Of a stretch of 64,000 bases of DNA, positions 19,613 through 29,843 are shown piece by piece. Both the position numbers and the translations under genes were made by a program. Each line of letters starts with the position of its first letter. Position 1 is the first letter of the stretch. Source of the stretch: an uncultured Bacilli bacterium (GTDB lineage Bacteria > Bacillota_I > Bacilli_A > RFN20 > CAG-826); NCBI GenBank assembly GCA_934725985.1, contig CAKVCX010000002.1:24306-88305 (forward strand), given 5' to 3'. The notes under the pieces are model-generated. The model had not been told where the DNA came from. It saw only the letters and a program-made list of their open reading frames with translations, and searched no databases.

Positions 19613-19879
19613 ATGGGATTTTTACAAGCTTTACTACCAATGTTAGCTGATGCTAGCCAAGCTGGGCTAATTGCCATTGGGGCAGGATTAGCGGTTTGCT
19701 TTGGTACTTTCTCCGCTATTGGAGAATCATTGATTTGCTGCCACGCAATAGATGGCATGGTTAGAAATCCAGAAATGCAAAAGAAGTTGCAATCTACCAT
19801 GATTCTTGCCGTTGCCTTGGATGAATCAACTGGTATTTATGCTCTTATTGTTGCTATTTTGATCATCTTCGTTTTATAA
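19613..19879 (+). CDS. atpE: F0F1 ATP synthase subunit c (Na+-site-like motif)
   Basis: 88-aa helical hairpin with loop 'RNPE' and ion-binding helix 'AVALDESTGIYALIVAIL'. GGGAGG RBS. Confidence 0.9.
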   Translation: MGFLQALLPMLADASQAGLIAIGAGLAVCFGTFSAIGESLICCHAIDGMVRNPEMQKKLQSTMILAVALDESTGIYALIVAILIIFVL

Positions 19880-19880
19880 G

Positions 19881-20459
19881 ATGTATAAATTATTTCTTTT
19901 AAACATACTCTCAGATTCTTCTCCTGTATCTGATACCCCATTTGATAGAGACGGGTTTATAGCAAAGTTATTCCCAAACGGCATTTATGACTTTGTTATC
20001 CAAATCATTGCTTTTGTCATTTTGATATTGATCATGTTTTTCTTTGCCTATAAGCCGGTAAAAGCCTATATGAAAAAAAGACATGATTATATTGATAACG
20101 AACTCAGAAGCGCAGAAGCCGCCAATAAAACTGCTTTAGAAGCCGCTAATAAAAAAGATGACATTATTAATGAGGGCAAGTCTGAGGCTAGCCAAATAGT
20201 TTCAAAAGCCAAAATCCAGGCTGAAAAGATGAAAGAAGATGCCATTAATGAGGCTAACCAAATTGCCGCAAGAAAAAGAAAAGAAGCTGATGAAGACATT
20301 GCTTTGGCTAAAGAAAAATCAATAAAAGAAGCCAAAAAGGAAATCGTTGATTTAACAATCCTAGCTTCATCAAAGCTAATAGAACGTAACTTAAACGAAG
20401 AAGATGATAAAAAATTTGTATCTTCTTTTGTTAAAGAAATCCAGGATGATAAAAAATGA
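19881..20459 (+). CDS. atpF: F0F1 ATP synthase subunit b
   Basis: A single N-terminal TM is followed by a long charged Ala/Lys/Glu-rich helix. Operon position fits. Confidence 0.85.
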   Translation: MYKLFLLNILSDSSPVSDTPFDRDGFIAKLFPNGIYDFVIQIIAFVILILIMFFFAYKPVKAYMKKRHDYIDNELRSAEAANKTALEAANKKDDIINEGKSEASQIVSKAKIQAEKMKEDAINEANQIAARKRKEADEDIALAKEKSIKEAKKEIVDLTILASSKLIERNLNEEDDKKFVSSFVKEIQDDKK

Positions 20460-21007
20460 ATTCTTCAATGTGTGAAGGTTTTGCCAAGGCTTTATTTTCT
20501 TTGACTAAGAAAGAAGATTTGCCTAATGTCAACTTAGCCTTGGACGAAGTAAAAAAACAAATGGACGAGAATAAGGATTTTTCTTTATTTTTGCTTTCTT
20601 ATGAAGTATCAACTTTGCAAAAGCAAAAAGTCCTTAATAATGTTTTTTCTTTGTTTAACCTTCCTCATTTTGTTTCTTTTCTATGCGTTTTAGCTTCTTA
20701 TCATGGGTTTGATACTTTCAAGAAAATTATTGATGATTTCCATTCATTATCAGATGCGGAGTTAGGAATAAAAAGAGGAATTGTTTATACTCGTTTTCCT
20801 TTATCAAAATCTGATTTAGAAAAATTAGAAGCTGCTTTTGAAACGAAAGAAAAAAAGACAATCAAATTAAAAAATATTATCGATTTTAATGTAATCGGCG
20901 GATTAAAAGTTTCTCTAGATGGAGAAGTATATGATTACACGATTGCAAATAAATTAAATAAATTACGTACTTCTTTAATTCAAGGAGGGAATTCTTATGA
21001 AGATTGA
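20456..21007 (+). CDS. atpH: F0F1 ATP synthase subunit delta (OSCP)
   Basis: 183 aa. ATGA overlap with atpF. OSCP-like C-terminal region '[21 protein letters not shown]'. Confidence 0.8.
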   Translation: MNSSMCEGFAKALFSLTKKEDLPNVNLALDEVKKQMDENKDFSLFLLSYEVSTLQKQKVLNNVFSLFNLPHFVSFLCVLASYHGFDTFKKIIDDFHSLSDAELGIKRGIVYTRFPLSKSDLEKLEAAFETKEKKTIKLKNIIDFNVIGGLKVSLDGEVYDYTIANKLNKLRTSLIQGGNSYED

Positions 21008-22502
21008 TTCAAATGCCATTGCTAGTTTGCTTAAAAGCCAAATAGAGAATTTTGATTCAAAGATAGAACAAAATGAAACAGGAACAGTCATTGCCGTAGG
21101 CGATGGGATTGCTACTATTTATGGTTTAAATAACGTCATGCTTGGCGAACTTTTATTATTTCCCGACGGTGTTTATGGCATGGCTATGAATCTAGATGAA
21201 GAAGATGTTGGGGCTGTCTTATTTGGCCTAGATGTGCAGATTAAAGAAGGCGATAACGTTAAACGCACCGGAAAAGTAGTTGAAGTTGGTGTTGGCGATG
21301 AAGTTTTGGGCAGGGTTATATCTTCCCTAGGTTTGCCTATAGATGAAAAAGGACCCATTAATTATAAGAAAACTAGACCCATTGAAAGAATTGCTCCTGG
21401 GGTTATGAAAAGAAAATCCGTCGATACCCCTTTAGTAACAGGTATAAAAGCTATCGATGCCATGATTCCTATAGGCAGAGGTCAAAGAGAATTGATTATA
21501 GGGGATAGGCAGACAGGGAAAACAGCGATTGCTTTAGATGCCATCGTTTCTCAAAAGGGAAAAAATGTAAAATGTGTTTACTGTGCGATAGGGCAAAAGA
21601 ATTCATCGGTTGCTTCCATTGCAGATAAATTGGCCGAATTGGGGTGTAGAGATTATGTAACTATTGTTAGTTCTAGTGCTTCTGAATCCGCGCCTTTGCA
21701 ATATATTGCCCCATTTTCTGCCATGGCAATTGCAGAAGAATGGATGGAAAAAGGTGAAGACGTATTAATAGTTTTCGATGATTTATCTAAACATGCGGTT
21801 GCTTATAGAACCTTGTCTTTGCTTTTAAAGAGATCTCCTGGAAGAGAAGCTTATCCTGGTGATATTTTTTATCTCCATTCCAGGCTATTAGAAAGGGCTT
21901 GTAGGCTAAACGATGAATATGGTGGCGGTTCAATAACGGCTTTGCCAATTGTAGAAACCCAAGCAGGGGATATATCTGCTTATATTCCTACTAATATTAT
22001 TTCCATTACGGATGGCCAAATCTTTTTGATTACTGATTATTTTAATGCCGGGCAAAGGCCGGCCATCGATAGCGGGTTTTCCGTTTCTAGAGTTGGCTCA
22101 AGTGCCCAAACAAAGGCCATGAAACAAGTGGCTTCTTCTTTAAAGATTGAGTTGGCAAGTTATAGAGAAATGCTTTCCTTTGCCCAATTTGGAAGTGATT
22201 TGGATGAATCAACTAAAAAAATCCTTACCCATGGGGCTGTTTTAATGGAGACGCTAAAGCAAAAGCAATATTCTCCTTATCCTTTAGAAAAACAAATATT
22301 GGAATTATTTGCCGTAAAAAAAGGTTTCTTTGATTGCTTAAAAATTGAAGAAATTGCCAATACCTTAGAAGAAATGGATGATTACGTGTATTTAAATTAT
22401 CCTTCTATTATTTCTAGATTGAAGCAAGGCAATGCTTTAACTAAAGACGAGCAGAACGAATTGGAGAATTCTATAAAATCTTTCTTTGCAAGTAGGAAGT
22501 AA
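20997..22502 (+). CDS. atpA: F0F1 ATP synthase subunit alpha
   Basis: Carries '[13 protein letters not shown]' (P-loop), '[18 protein letters not shown]' and 'ITDGQIFL'. Confidence 0.97.
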   Translation: MKIDSNAIASLLKSQIENFDSKIEQNETGTVIAVGDGIATIYGLNNVMLGELLLFPDGVYGMAMNLDEEDVGAVLFGLDVQIKEGDNVKRTGKVVEVGVGDEVLGRVISSLGLPIDEKGPINYKKTRPIERIAPGVMKRKSVDTPLVTGIKAIDAMIPIGRGQRELIIGDRQTGKTAIALDAIVSQKGKNVKCVYCAIGQKNSSVASIADKLAELGCRDYVTIVSSSASESAPLQYIAPFSAMAIAEEWMEKGEDVLIVFDDLSKHAVAYRTLSLLLKRSPGREAYPGDIFYLHSRLLERACRLNDEYGGGSITALPIVETQAGDISAYIPTNIISITDGQIFLITDYFNAGQRPAIDSGFSVSRVGSSAQTKAMKQVASSLKIELASYREMLSFAQFGSDLDESTKKILTHGAVLMETLKQKQYSPYPLEKQILELFAVKKGFFDCLKIEEIANTLEEMDDYVYLNYPSIISRLKQGNALTKDEQNELENSIKSFFASRK

Positions 22503-22508
22503 GTAATA

Positions 22509-23351
22509 ATGAGCAGTGGGCTAAACAAAACAAAAAGGCGAATCGCTTCGGTCAAGGCGACAGAAAAGATTACCAAGGCCATGGAAATGATAGCAAGCGT
22601 TAAGATGAAACGTAGCAGGGATCAATTCGATGCTTCTTCTTTATCAAAGAGTAAATGCATGGATATTCTTTCTTTTACTTTTGCTTCCATTAAGAAAACG
22701 CCTTATTTTTGTTTGCCTAATGAGAGCAACAAAACTTTATATATCATCATTTCTAGCGATTTAGGGTTATGTGGCGGATATAACAGCAACGTTTTTAAAT
22801 TATTTGACCCTATATATAAAGAAGGTGATGAAATAATTGCCTTTGGTTCAAAAGCAATTTCTCATTATGAGGAAACGAAAGGCTATAAGAATTCTTCTTT
22901 GGTTAAAAACCCTTCTTTAGACATTACTCTTTCTGAACTGACTAAGTTAGCTTCGCTTTTATTAAAGGAATATAAAGAGAATAGATTTGACTCTATAAAA
23001 ATTATTTCGACTAGGTATGTTAATTCTTTGAACTTTGTTCCAAGTTCTACTACCTTATTGCCGATTTCTATTCCCATTTATGAAGATAAGTATGGTGGCG
23101 TACCTCCTTTAATCGAACCTAGCCCAGAAGAGGTTTTGAATTCTATTATTCCGTTAAGCCTAGGCTATATTTTGAAAGAAACTATAGACGAAGCAAAGCT
23201 ATGTGAACAAAGTAGCAGACGCAATGCGATGGACAATGCTAACGATAATGCCGATGAATTATTGAAAAACCTCAATATTGAATATAACAAATCTAGACAA
23301 TCTTCCATTACTCAGGAAATTGTTGAAGTAGTTTCAGGAAGTCTAAATTAA
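22509..23351 (+). CDS. atpG: F0F1 ATP synthase subunit gamma
   Basis: N-terminal 'IKRRIASVKATEKITKAMEMIASVK' and C-terminal 'YNKSRQSSITQEIVEVVSG' are gamma-subunit signatures. Confidence 0.9.
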   Translation: MSSGLNKTKRRIASVKATEKITKAMEMIASVKMKRSRDQFDASSLSKSKCMDILSFTFASIKKTPYFCLPNESNKTLYIIISSDLGLCGGYNSNVFKLFDPIYKEGDEIIAFGSKAISHYEETKGYKNSSLVKNPSLDITLSELTKLASLLLKEYKENRFDSIKIISTRYVNSLNFVPSSTTLLPISIPIYEDKYGGVPPLIEPSPEEVLNSIIPLSLGYILKETIDEAKLCEQSSRRNAMDNANDNADELLKNLNIEYNKSRQSSITQEIVEVVSGSLN

Positions 23352-24778
<1,427 letters not shown>

Positions 24779-24779
<1 letters not shown>

Positions 24780-25198
24780 TGGGCATCAAGCTTGTTTTGC
24801 TAAGTGAAAAAGGCATTGTTTTTGAAGGAGAATGCGAACGGTTTTTACTTTCTTCTTATAAAGGCGATATGGAAGTATCTCCTGGATATACTCCTATTGT
24901 AGAGATGCTAGATAAAGAAGGCATTTTAAAAGTAGTGCTTCCTAATAAAACAATGTATTTTGCTATTTTTGATGCAACTTTATCTGTGACTAAAGAAGGT
25001 GCTTTTATTGTATCTAGCAATACCGAAGAAGCTTCTAGTATTGACTTAGCTAGGGCAAGCCAAGCAAAAGATAGGGCGATGAAGCGTCTTACTTCTAAGC
25101 AAGAAGGGATTGATTTATTAAGGGCTAAAGCCGCCTTAAATAGAGCCTTAATTAGAATTAAGGTAAAACGTTTATATAATGGCGAGAAACTGTATTAA
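24779..25198 (+). CDS. atpC: F0F1 ATP synthase subunit epsilon
   Basis: 139 aa. TAATG overlap with atpD. A beta-sandwich N-terminus is followed by a helical 'RAKAALNRALIRIKV' C-terminus. Confidence 0.9.
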
Positions 25199-25229
25199 TT
25201 TTTGTAAAATTGCATTTTGGTTTTAAAAC

Positions 25230-26456
25230 ATGAATTTTGTATTTATTTCCCCTAATTTTCCAATTCGAAATTATAAATGGGTGGAATCTCTTTCTAGACG
25301 CGGGGTTAATGTTTTAGGTATTGGAGACACCCCTGCTAATTTGTGCCATCCTCGTTTGAATAACAGTTTAAAAGAATATTATTTTGTCAAAGACTTATCA
25401 AATTTTGACGACATGGTTAAAGCCATTTCCTATTTTGAAAATAAATATGGAAAGATTGATTACATTGAATCCAATAATGAGTGGTGGCTCTTTCTAGATT
25501 CTAAATTGAGGGAACATTTTAATGTTTCTTCTGGTTTTTACCCTAAAGATATGTTAAAGATAAAAGCCAAATCGGAAATGAAGCAATGTTTCAAACAAGG
25601 CGGGGCTAAAGTGGCTAGATATGTTTTAGTCAGCGGAATTGAGGATTTAGATAAAGCAAAAGAATTTGCTAAGGTAGTAAATTATCCTCTTTTTGTTAAA
25701 CCTAATATCGGGGTAGGGGCTGCTTCTTCTTATAAAATCAGCAGCGAAGAAGAACTAACGAAATTTTTAAGTAATAAATTAAGCGAAACCTACATATTAG
25801 AAGAATTTTTAGATGGTTTTATTGTTAGCTTTGATGGGGTTTGCGATTCTTCTTCTAATGTAGTATTTGCTACCTCTGATCACTTTTTAACCCCAATTGA
25901 TGAAGTAGTTAATAATGACGAAGATTATTATTACTTTAACAATCCTTTTTCTTTACCCTTTTTTGATTTAGATAAAGAGAAGTTCCTTACGGTTGGCAAA
26001 AATGTCGTTAAATGTTTCGGCATTAAACAAAGAGTCTTTCATATTGAATTCTTTGTTTTAAATAAGGATAAACCTGGATTGGCCAAAAAAGGTGAATTTG
26101 TCGCTTTGGAATGTAATATGAGACCAGCGGGAGGCTATACTCCAGATTTAATCGATTTTGCCAATTCAACATCTATTTACGACATTTATGCTGACATCAT
26201 TTGCTTTGATGAAAACAAAGAAGACTTAAATAAGGAAAAGTATTACGCTTTTGCTTCGTCTAGAAGAGAAGAATTGGATTACCTTCATAAGGAAGAAGAA
26301 ATATTATCTAAATTTAAAAATGAGTTATGCATGCACGGGACCTATCCCAAAGAAATAGCTAGGGCCATGGGTGATTATTATTACTATGCGAAATTTAAAG
26401 ATTTTAATAAGGGTTTGGAGTTCGATAAATTCGTTAGAGAAAAAATTAATAAATAG
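25230..26456 (+). CDS. ATP-grasp domain protein (carboxylate-amine ligase-like), substrate unknown
   Basis: 408 aa. 'YPLFVKPNIGVGAASSYKI', 'YILEEFLDG' and 'FHIEFF...ALECNMRPAGG' fit the ATP-grasp fold. Confidence 0.7.
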   Translation: MNFVFISPNFPIRNYKWVESLSRRGVNVLGIGDTPANLCHPRLNNSLKEYYFVKDLSNFDDMVKAISYFENKYGKIDYIESNNEWWLFLDSKLREHFNVSSGFYPKDMLKIKAKSEMKQCFKQGGAKVARYVLVSGIEDLDKAKEFAKVVNYPLFVKPNIGVGAASSYKISSEEELTKFLSNKLSETYILEEFLDGFIVSFDGVCDSSSNVVFATSDHFLTPIDEVVNNDEDYYYFNNPFSLPFFDLDKEKFLTVGKNVVKCFGIKQRVFHIEFFVLNKDKPGLAKKGEFVALECNMRPAGGYTPDLIDFANSTSIYDIYADIICFDENKEDLNKEKYYAFASSRREELDYLHKEEEILSKFKNELCMHGTYPKEIARAMGDYYYYAKFKDFNKGLEFDKFVREKINK

Positions 26457-27255
26457 AACCAATTGCTTCTATTGCTTCTTCAATAGAAAAATATGTCTCG
26501 ACTGTATTTTGGTTTTTATTGATTAAAGCGTATTCTTTTTCTTCTAAAGATAAGCCGAATTTATTGATCATTTCTTCTTCACTTAGTTTTGAAATATCGT
26601 ATAAGTAAGTGTTTTTATTTGACGATTCGGCTTTTCTCTTTATGTATTCATAATATAAAGAGGGCTTATTTTCTTTATAAAGAAGATATAAACCGTCATT
26701 AGTAAATGAAAAGACTTTAGAAGAAACGTATATGTTCGCTAGCCTAATATTTTTAAATAACGCTTTCCGTAAATTGTTTAAATTAGAATACGTTCCTGTT
26801 AAATCTATTTGTTTTGCTTCCGCTTTATTTAGTAAAAATAAAGTAGGCGTCGCGATAGAGTTTTTAAATCCTTCTTCTAGATAAGGAGAATAGGCAAATA
26901 ATTCATTTAGATCTATTTCTATTGTTCTATCGGCAAAATAATTAATTTCAATTGGACTTTCCTTTAACAATTCTAGGAAAGTAGGCTCTAATGTTTTGCA
27001 ATGTGAGCAATCTTTTTGATGTAAAAATAACAATACGTCCTCACCATTTTCTATTCTATTGCTTAATTTTTTAGCAGAACAATAGTTCATGGCTTTATAA
27101 AAAGAGCTTGGTTCTATATCTTCATTTTGATATATGAGAGCTTTTTCGATATTACTATCATCTTCTTCATCGCTTAGGCTAGACTTATTTAAACTAGAAC
27201 AAGAAAAACATAAGAATATCAAGGTAAATAAATTTATTTTCTTTAAGTTTTTCAT
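26446..27255 (-). CDS. Thioredoxin-fold lipoprotein/secreted protein (CxxC)
   Basis: N-terminal signal 'MKNLKKINLFTLIFLCFSCSS' is lipobox-like. 'LFLHQKDCSHCKTLEP' is a thioredoxin-like CxxC. Confidence 0.65.
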   Translation of the reverse strand: MKNLKKINLFTLIFLCFSCSSLNKSSLSDEEDDSNIEKALIYQNEDIEPSSFYKAMNYCSAKKLSNRIENGEDVLLFLHQKDCSHCKTLEPTFLELLKESPIEINYFADRTIEIDLNELFAYSPYLEEGFKNSIATPTLFLLNKAEAKQIDLTGTYSNLNNLRKALFKNIRLANIYVSSKVFSFTNDGLYLLYKENKPSLYYEYIKRKAESSNKNTYLYDISKLSEEEMINKFGLSLEEKEYALINKNQNTVETYFSIEEAIEAIGSIY

Positions 27256-27308
27256 AATTTTCTATTCAATTAATGATAAAAGAATAGAAAGAGTTTAAAA
27301 TAATTTTA

Positions 27309-29036
27309 ATGAAATTCAAGTACCCTAAGAAAAGATTAATAAACTTAATTTCTTTATCGTTTTATTTTCTTTCTACTATTTTGATTTTAATAGAAAGTTG
27401 TCTTCCTTCTTCTTTATCATCTTTGCAAAGCAATTCGATTGGTTCTTTTATTGTTTCTTTGATTAATGGACAAAAAGAAGGAAAACCTAAAGATCCCATT
27501 TATCCTAGCAACATTTCTCTTTCTTATCCTCAAGATGAAAGATTATTAAGAAAAGAGGAAGCCATAGTAGGAACAACGAAACTAATTCAATATTCATTAT
27601 CTTTTGGTAATGAATCTAATTCTACTTACGAGGTCAATGATATTGAATATTCTTTAATAAAGGGAAATAAGGATGATATTCAAATTAATTATTCTCCTTC
27701 AATTAAAACTGGGGCGATTAGATGCATTCCTTTAAAAGAGGGACAGTTTGAAATAGAACTTTTTTCTAAATCTAATAAAAGAATAAAAACTACTATTAGT
27801 TTTACTAGTTTATCAAGCAAAGATTTGCCTTCTTCTTTTGTTACATATTTCGGGGAAAAGGAAATTGAATTGGAAGTTAATAAACCGGAGAAAATAAAAT
27901 ATTATCTTAACGTAGAAAATTCTTCTTATTCTTACGATTACTTATTAAGATTTTATCAAGATAATCCTCCATTTTCTTCTTCTTCTAATATTCTTACTAT
28001 AGATTCAGGTTATTTAATTCCTAAAGAAGCTGGCAAGACTAGTTTATATTTAAATGAAACAAAGATCTGCGACGTCGTTATTAAAAACTCGGATCATTTA
28101 ATTCCTTCCTCTTTTTCCTTTTCTAAAGAAAAAGAAATAGACTTGCATCCTTTAGATTATGATTATATTGAAGATAAGTATGGGTTTGGCTTTTCTATTG
28201 ATACTAATTATCCACTTATTTATACATCTTCGAATTCTTTAATAGGAAAAGTTTTAAATGAACATTACCTTGATTCAACTACCTTTATCAAACCTCGTGT
28301 TTATGGATATAGGCAATTGGGCGAAACCACGATAACTGCTAGGTTAGCAGGCACATCCATTAGCAAAAGCATTAATGTTAAATCAACTGAAGTTGAGGCG
28401 ACTTCTTTTTCTTTGAACATAAGTTTTAACGGCGAGCAACTCCCCTTAAATAAAGATAGTCGCCTAGAAATAGGAGAAAAAATATTTTTAAATCCTACAT
28501 TTGATCCAAAAAACGCTTCAAATCCCAAACTTCACGTAGAAGCCTCTTCTAATATTGAAATTTATAATAATGATTCAGCTTCTCCTTATTTGCTTTTAAC
28601 AGAAAAAGGATTAGGACATGTGGTTATTTCGTTAGGAGAAAAAAGAGAAGAATATGAATTTAATATAGTCGCACCCCTTGCAATATCTAAGCAAGAAGAA
28701 GGGGAAGTAACTTATTCTTTAAGAAAATTTATTGGTCATTTCCTTCTTTTTGTAAGTAACGCCGTCTTTATGGCTATTTCTTTTTTATCTGCTTCTTTTA
28801 TAGACAAAAAAGATAAAGCATTGGGATGTTGTCTATCTTTGCTTTCAGGTTTATTTATAGCTTTAATTTCTGAATCTATTCAGGCTATACCAATTCTAAA
28901 AAGAGGACCTAGTTTATTAGATGTTGGAATTGATTATGCCGGTTTTGCTTCTGGGCTTTTATTTGTTTTTATTGTTTACTTGTTAATAAATTGTTTGCTT
29001 TTAAAAAGAAGAAAAAGAAATGAAAAAATGAAATGA
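27309..29036 (+). CDS. Membrane protein: N-terminal TM, extracytoplasmic Ig-like (Big_2-like) repeats, C-terminal VanZ-like domain
   Basis: 575 aa with TM1 near residues 10-30. The central beta-rich region is about 400 aa. The C-terminal 4 TM carry 'GHFLLFVSNAVF' and 'SESIQ...RGPSLLDVGIDYAGF', typical of the VanZ family. Confidence 0.6.
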   Translation: MKFKYPKKRLINLISLSFYFLSTILILIESCLPSSLSSLQSNSIGSFIVSLINGQKEGKPKDPIYPSNISLSYPQDERLLRKEEAIVGTTKLIQYSLSFGNESNSTYEVNDIEYSLIKGNKDDIQINYSPSIKTGAIRCIPLKEGQFEIELFSKSNKRIKTTISFTSLSSKDLPSSFVTYFGEKEIELEVNKPEKIKYYLNVENSSYSYDYLLRFYQDNPPFSSSSNILTIDSGYLIPKEAGKTSLYLNETKICDVVIKNSDHLIPSSFSFSKEKEIDLHPLDYDYIEDKYGFGFSIDTNYPLIYTSSNSLIGKVLNEHYLDSTTFIKPRVYGYRQLGETTITARLAGTSISKSINVKSTEVEATSFSLNISFNGEQLPLNKDSRLEIGEKIFLNPTFDPKNASNPKLHVEASSNIEIYNNDSASPYLLLTEKGLGHVVISLGEKREEYEFNIVAPLAISKQEEGEVTYSLRKFIGHFLLFVSNAVFMAISFLSASFIDKKDKALGCCLSLLSGLFIALISESIQAIPILKRGPSLLDVGIDYAGFASGLLFVFIVYLLINCLLLKRRKRNEKMK

Positions 29037-29045
29037 TAGATAAAC

Positions 29046-29843
29046 TCATAATACTTTTTTTAAGAAGTGATTTCTTTTTTCTTTAAATATTGTTTCAAAA
29101 ATTTTATTCCCATTTTCTTTAAATCTAGAATAAGCCCAATAACTCCAAAAAATGTCCAAAAACAAAATTAACGTCTTAATATCATTTTTTTCATTATCAT
29201 TTAAAAAGAAAAAAGAGAGAAAATATTCTTCGTTTTTTTTACTTAGCCTATTTTCTTCTATAACAGAAGCTAGGTCGAATAAATATGAATTAACCCCGCC
29301 GAATTCAAAGTCTATTAAATAGGCTTTTTCTTTCCTAATTATTATGTTTCCCTTCCATAGATCGTTATGAGATATAACTTGTTTGCTTTCTTCTAAAATT
29401 TTAAGTCCTTTCTTTATTATTTCCTTTTCATGGCTAGAAAATAAAGAAAGCCCGTTTTTATATTTTTTTAATCTTTTATCTGCTTCAAAATTGGGACTAT
29501 TTTCAAAAATAGGGGAGGCGTGTAGCTTTTTTATAGAGTTAGCTAATAAAAATATGTCTTTTTTATCTTCTTTATTAAAAAGAGCCCCCTTTATATATTC
29601 TTCTGCTTTATTCCCTTCCTTATCAAAAAAAAGGAGTTTAGGGATACAATCTAGATTATTTAAGCTTTTATAAAGATTTATCTCGCTTTGAGGTGTATTG
29701 AAATCTCTATCAATTTCGTTTTCTTTTTTAATTCTTATTAAGCTTTTTTTAGAATGAAAAATATCGTTGCTAGTCCCAATATTTATCGTTTCAAAGCTAG
29801 CGTCTTCTTCTTTTATGATTTTGGCAATTTGAAGATAATTCAT
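29046..29843 (-). CDS. Choline/ethanolamine-kinase-like phosphotransferase (APH/ChoK fold)
   Basis: Carries 'ISHNDLWKGNIII' (Brenner HxDxxxxN) and 'AYLIDFEFGG' (ChoK motif). 4-nt overlap with the upstream rqcH-like gene. Confidence 0.7.
   Translation of the reverse strand: MNYLQIAKIIKEEDASFETINIGTSNDIFHSKKSLIRIKKENEIDRDFNTPQSEINLYKSLNNLDCIPKLLFFDKEGNKAEEYIKGALFNKEDKKDIFLLANSIKKLHASPIFENSPNFEADKRLKKYKNGLSLFSSHEKEIIKKGLKILEESKQVISHNDLWKGNIIIRKEKAYLIDFEFGGVNSYLFDLASVIEENRLSKKNEEYFLSFFFLNDNEKNDIKTLILFLDIFWSYWAYSRFKENGNKIFETIFKEKRNHFLKKVL

Noticed and set aside
25199-26456. ATP-grasp gene as part of a graspetide/microviridin-type RiPP cluster
   Set aside because: There is no small precursor-peptide ORF, protease or transporter adjacent. 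The flanks are atpC and a convergent lipoprotein gene.
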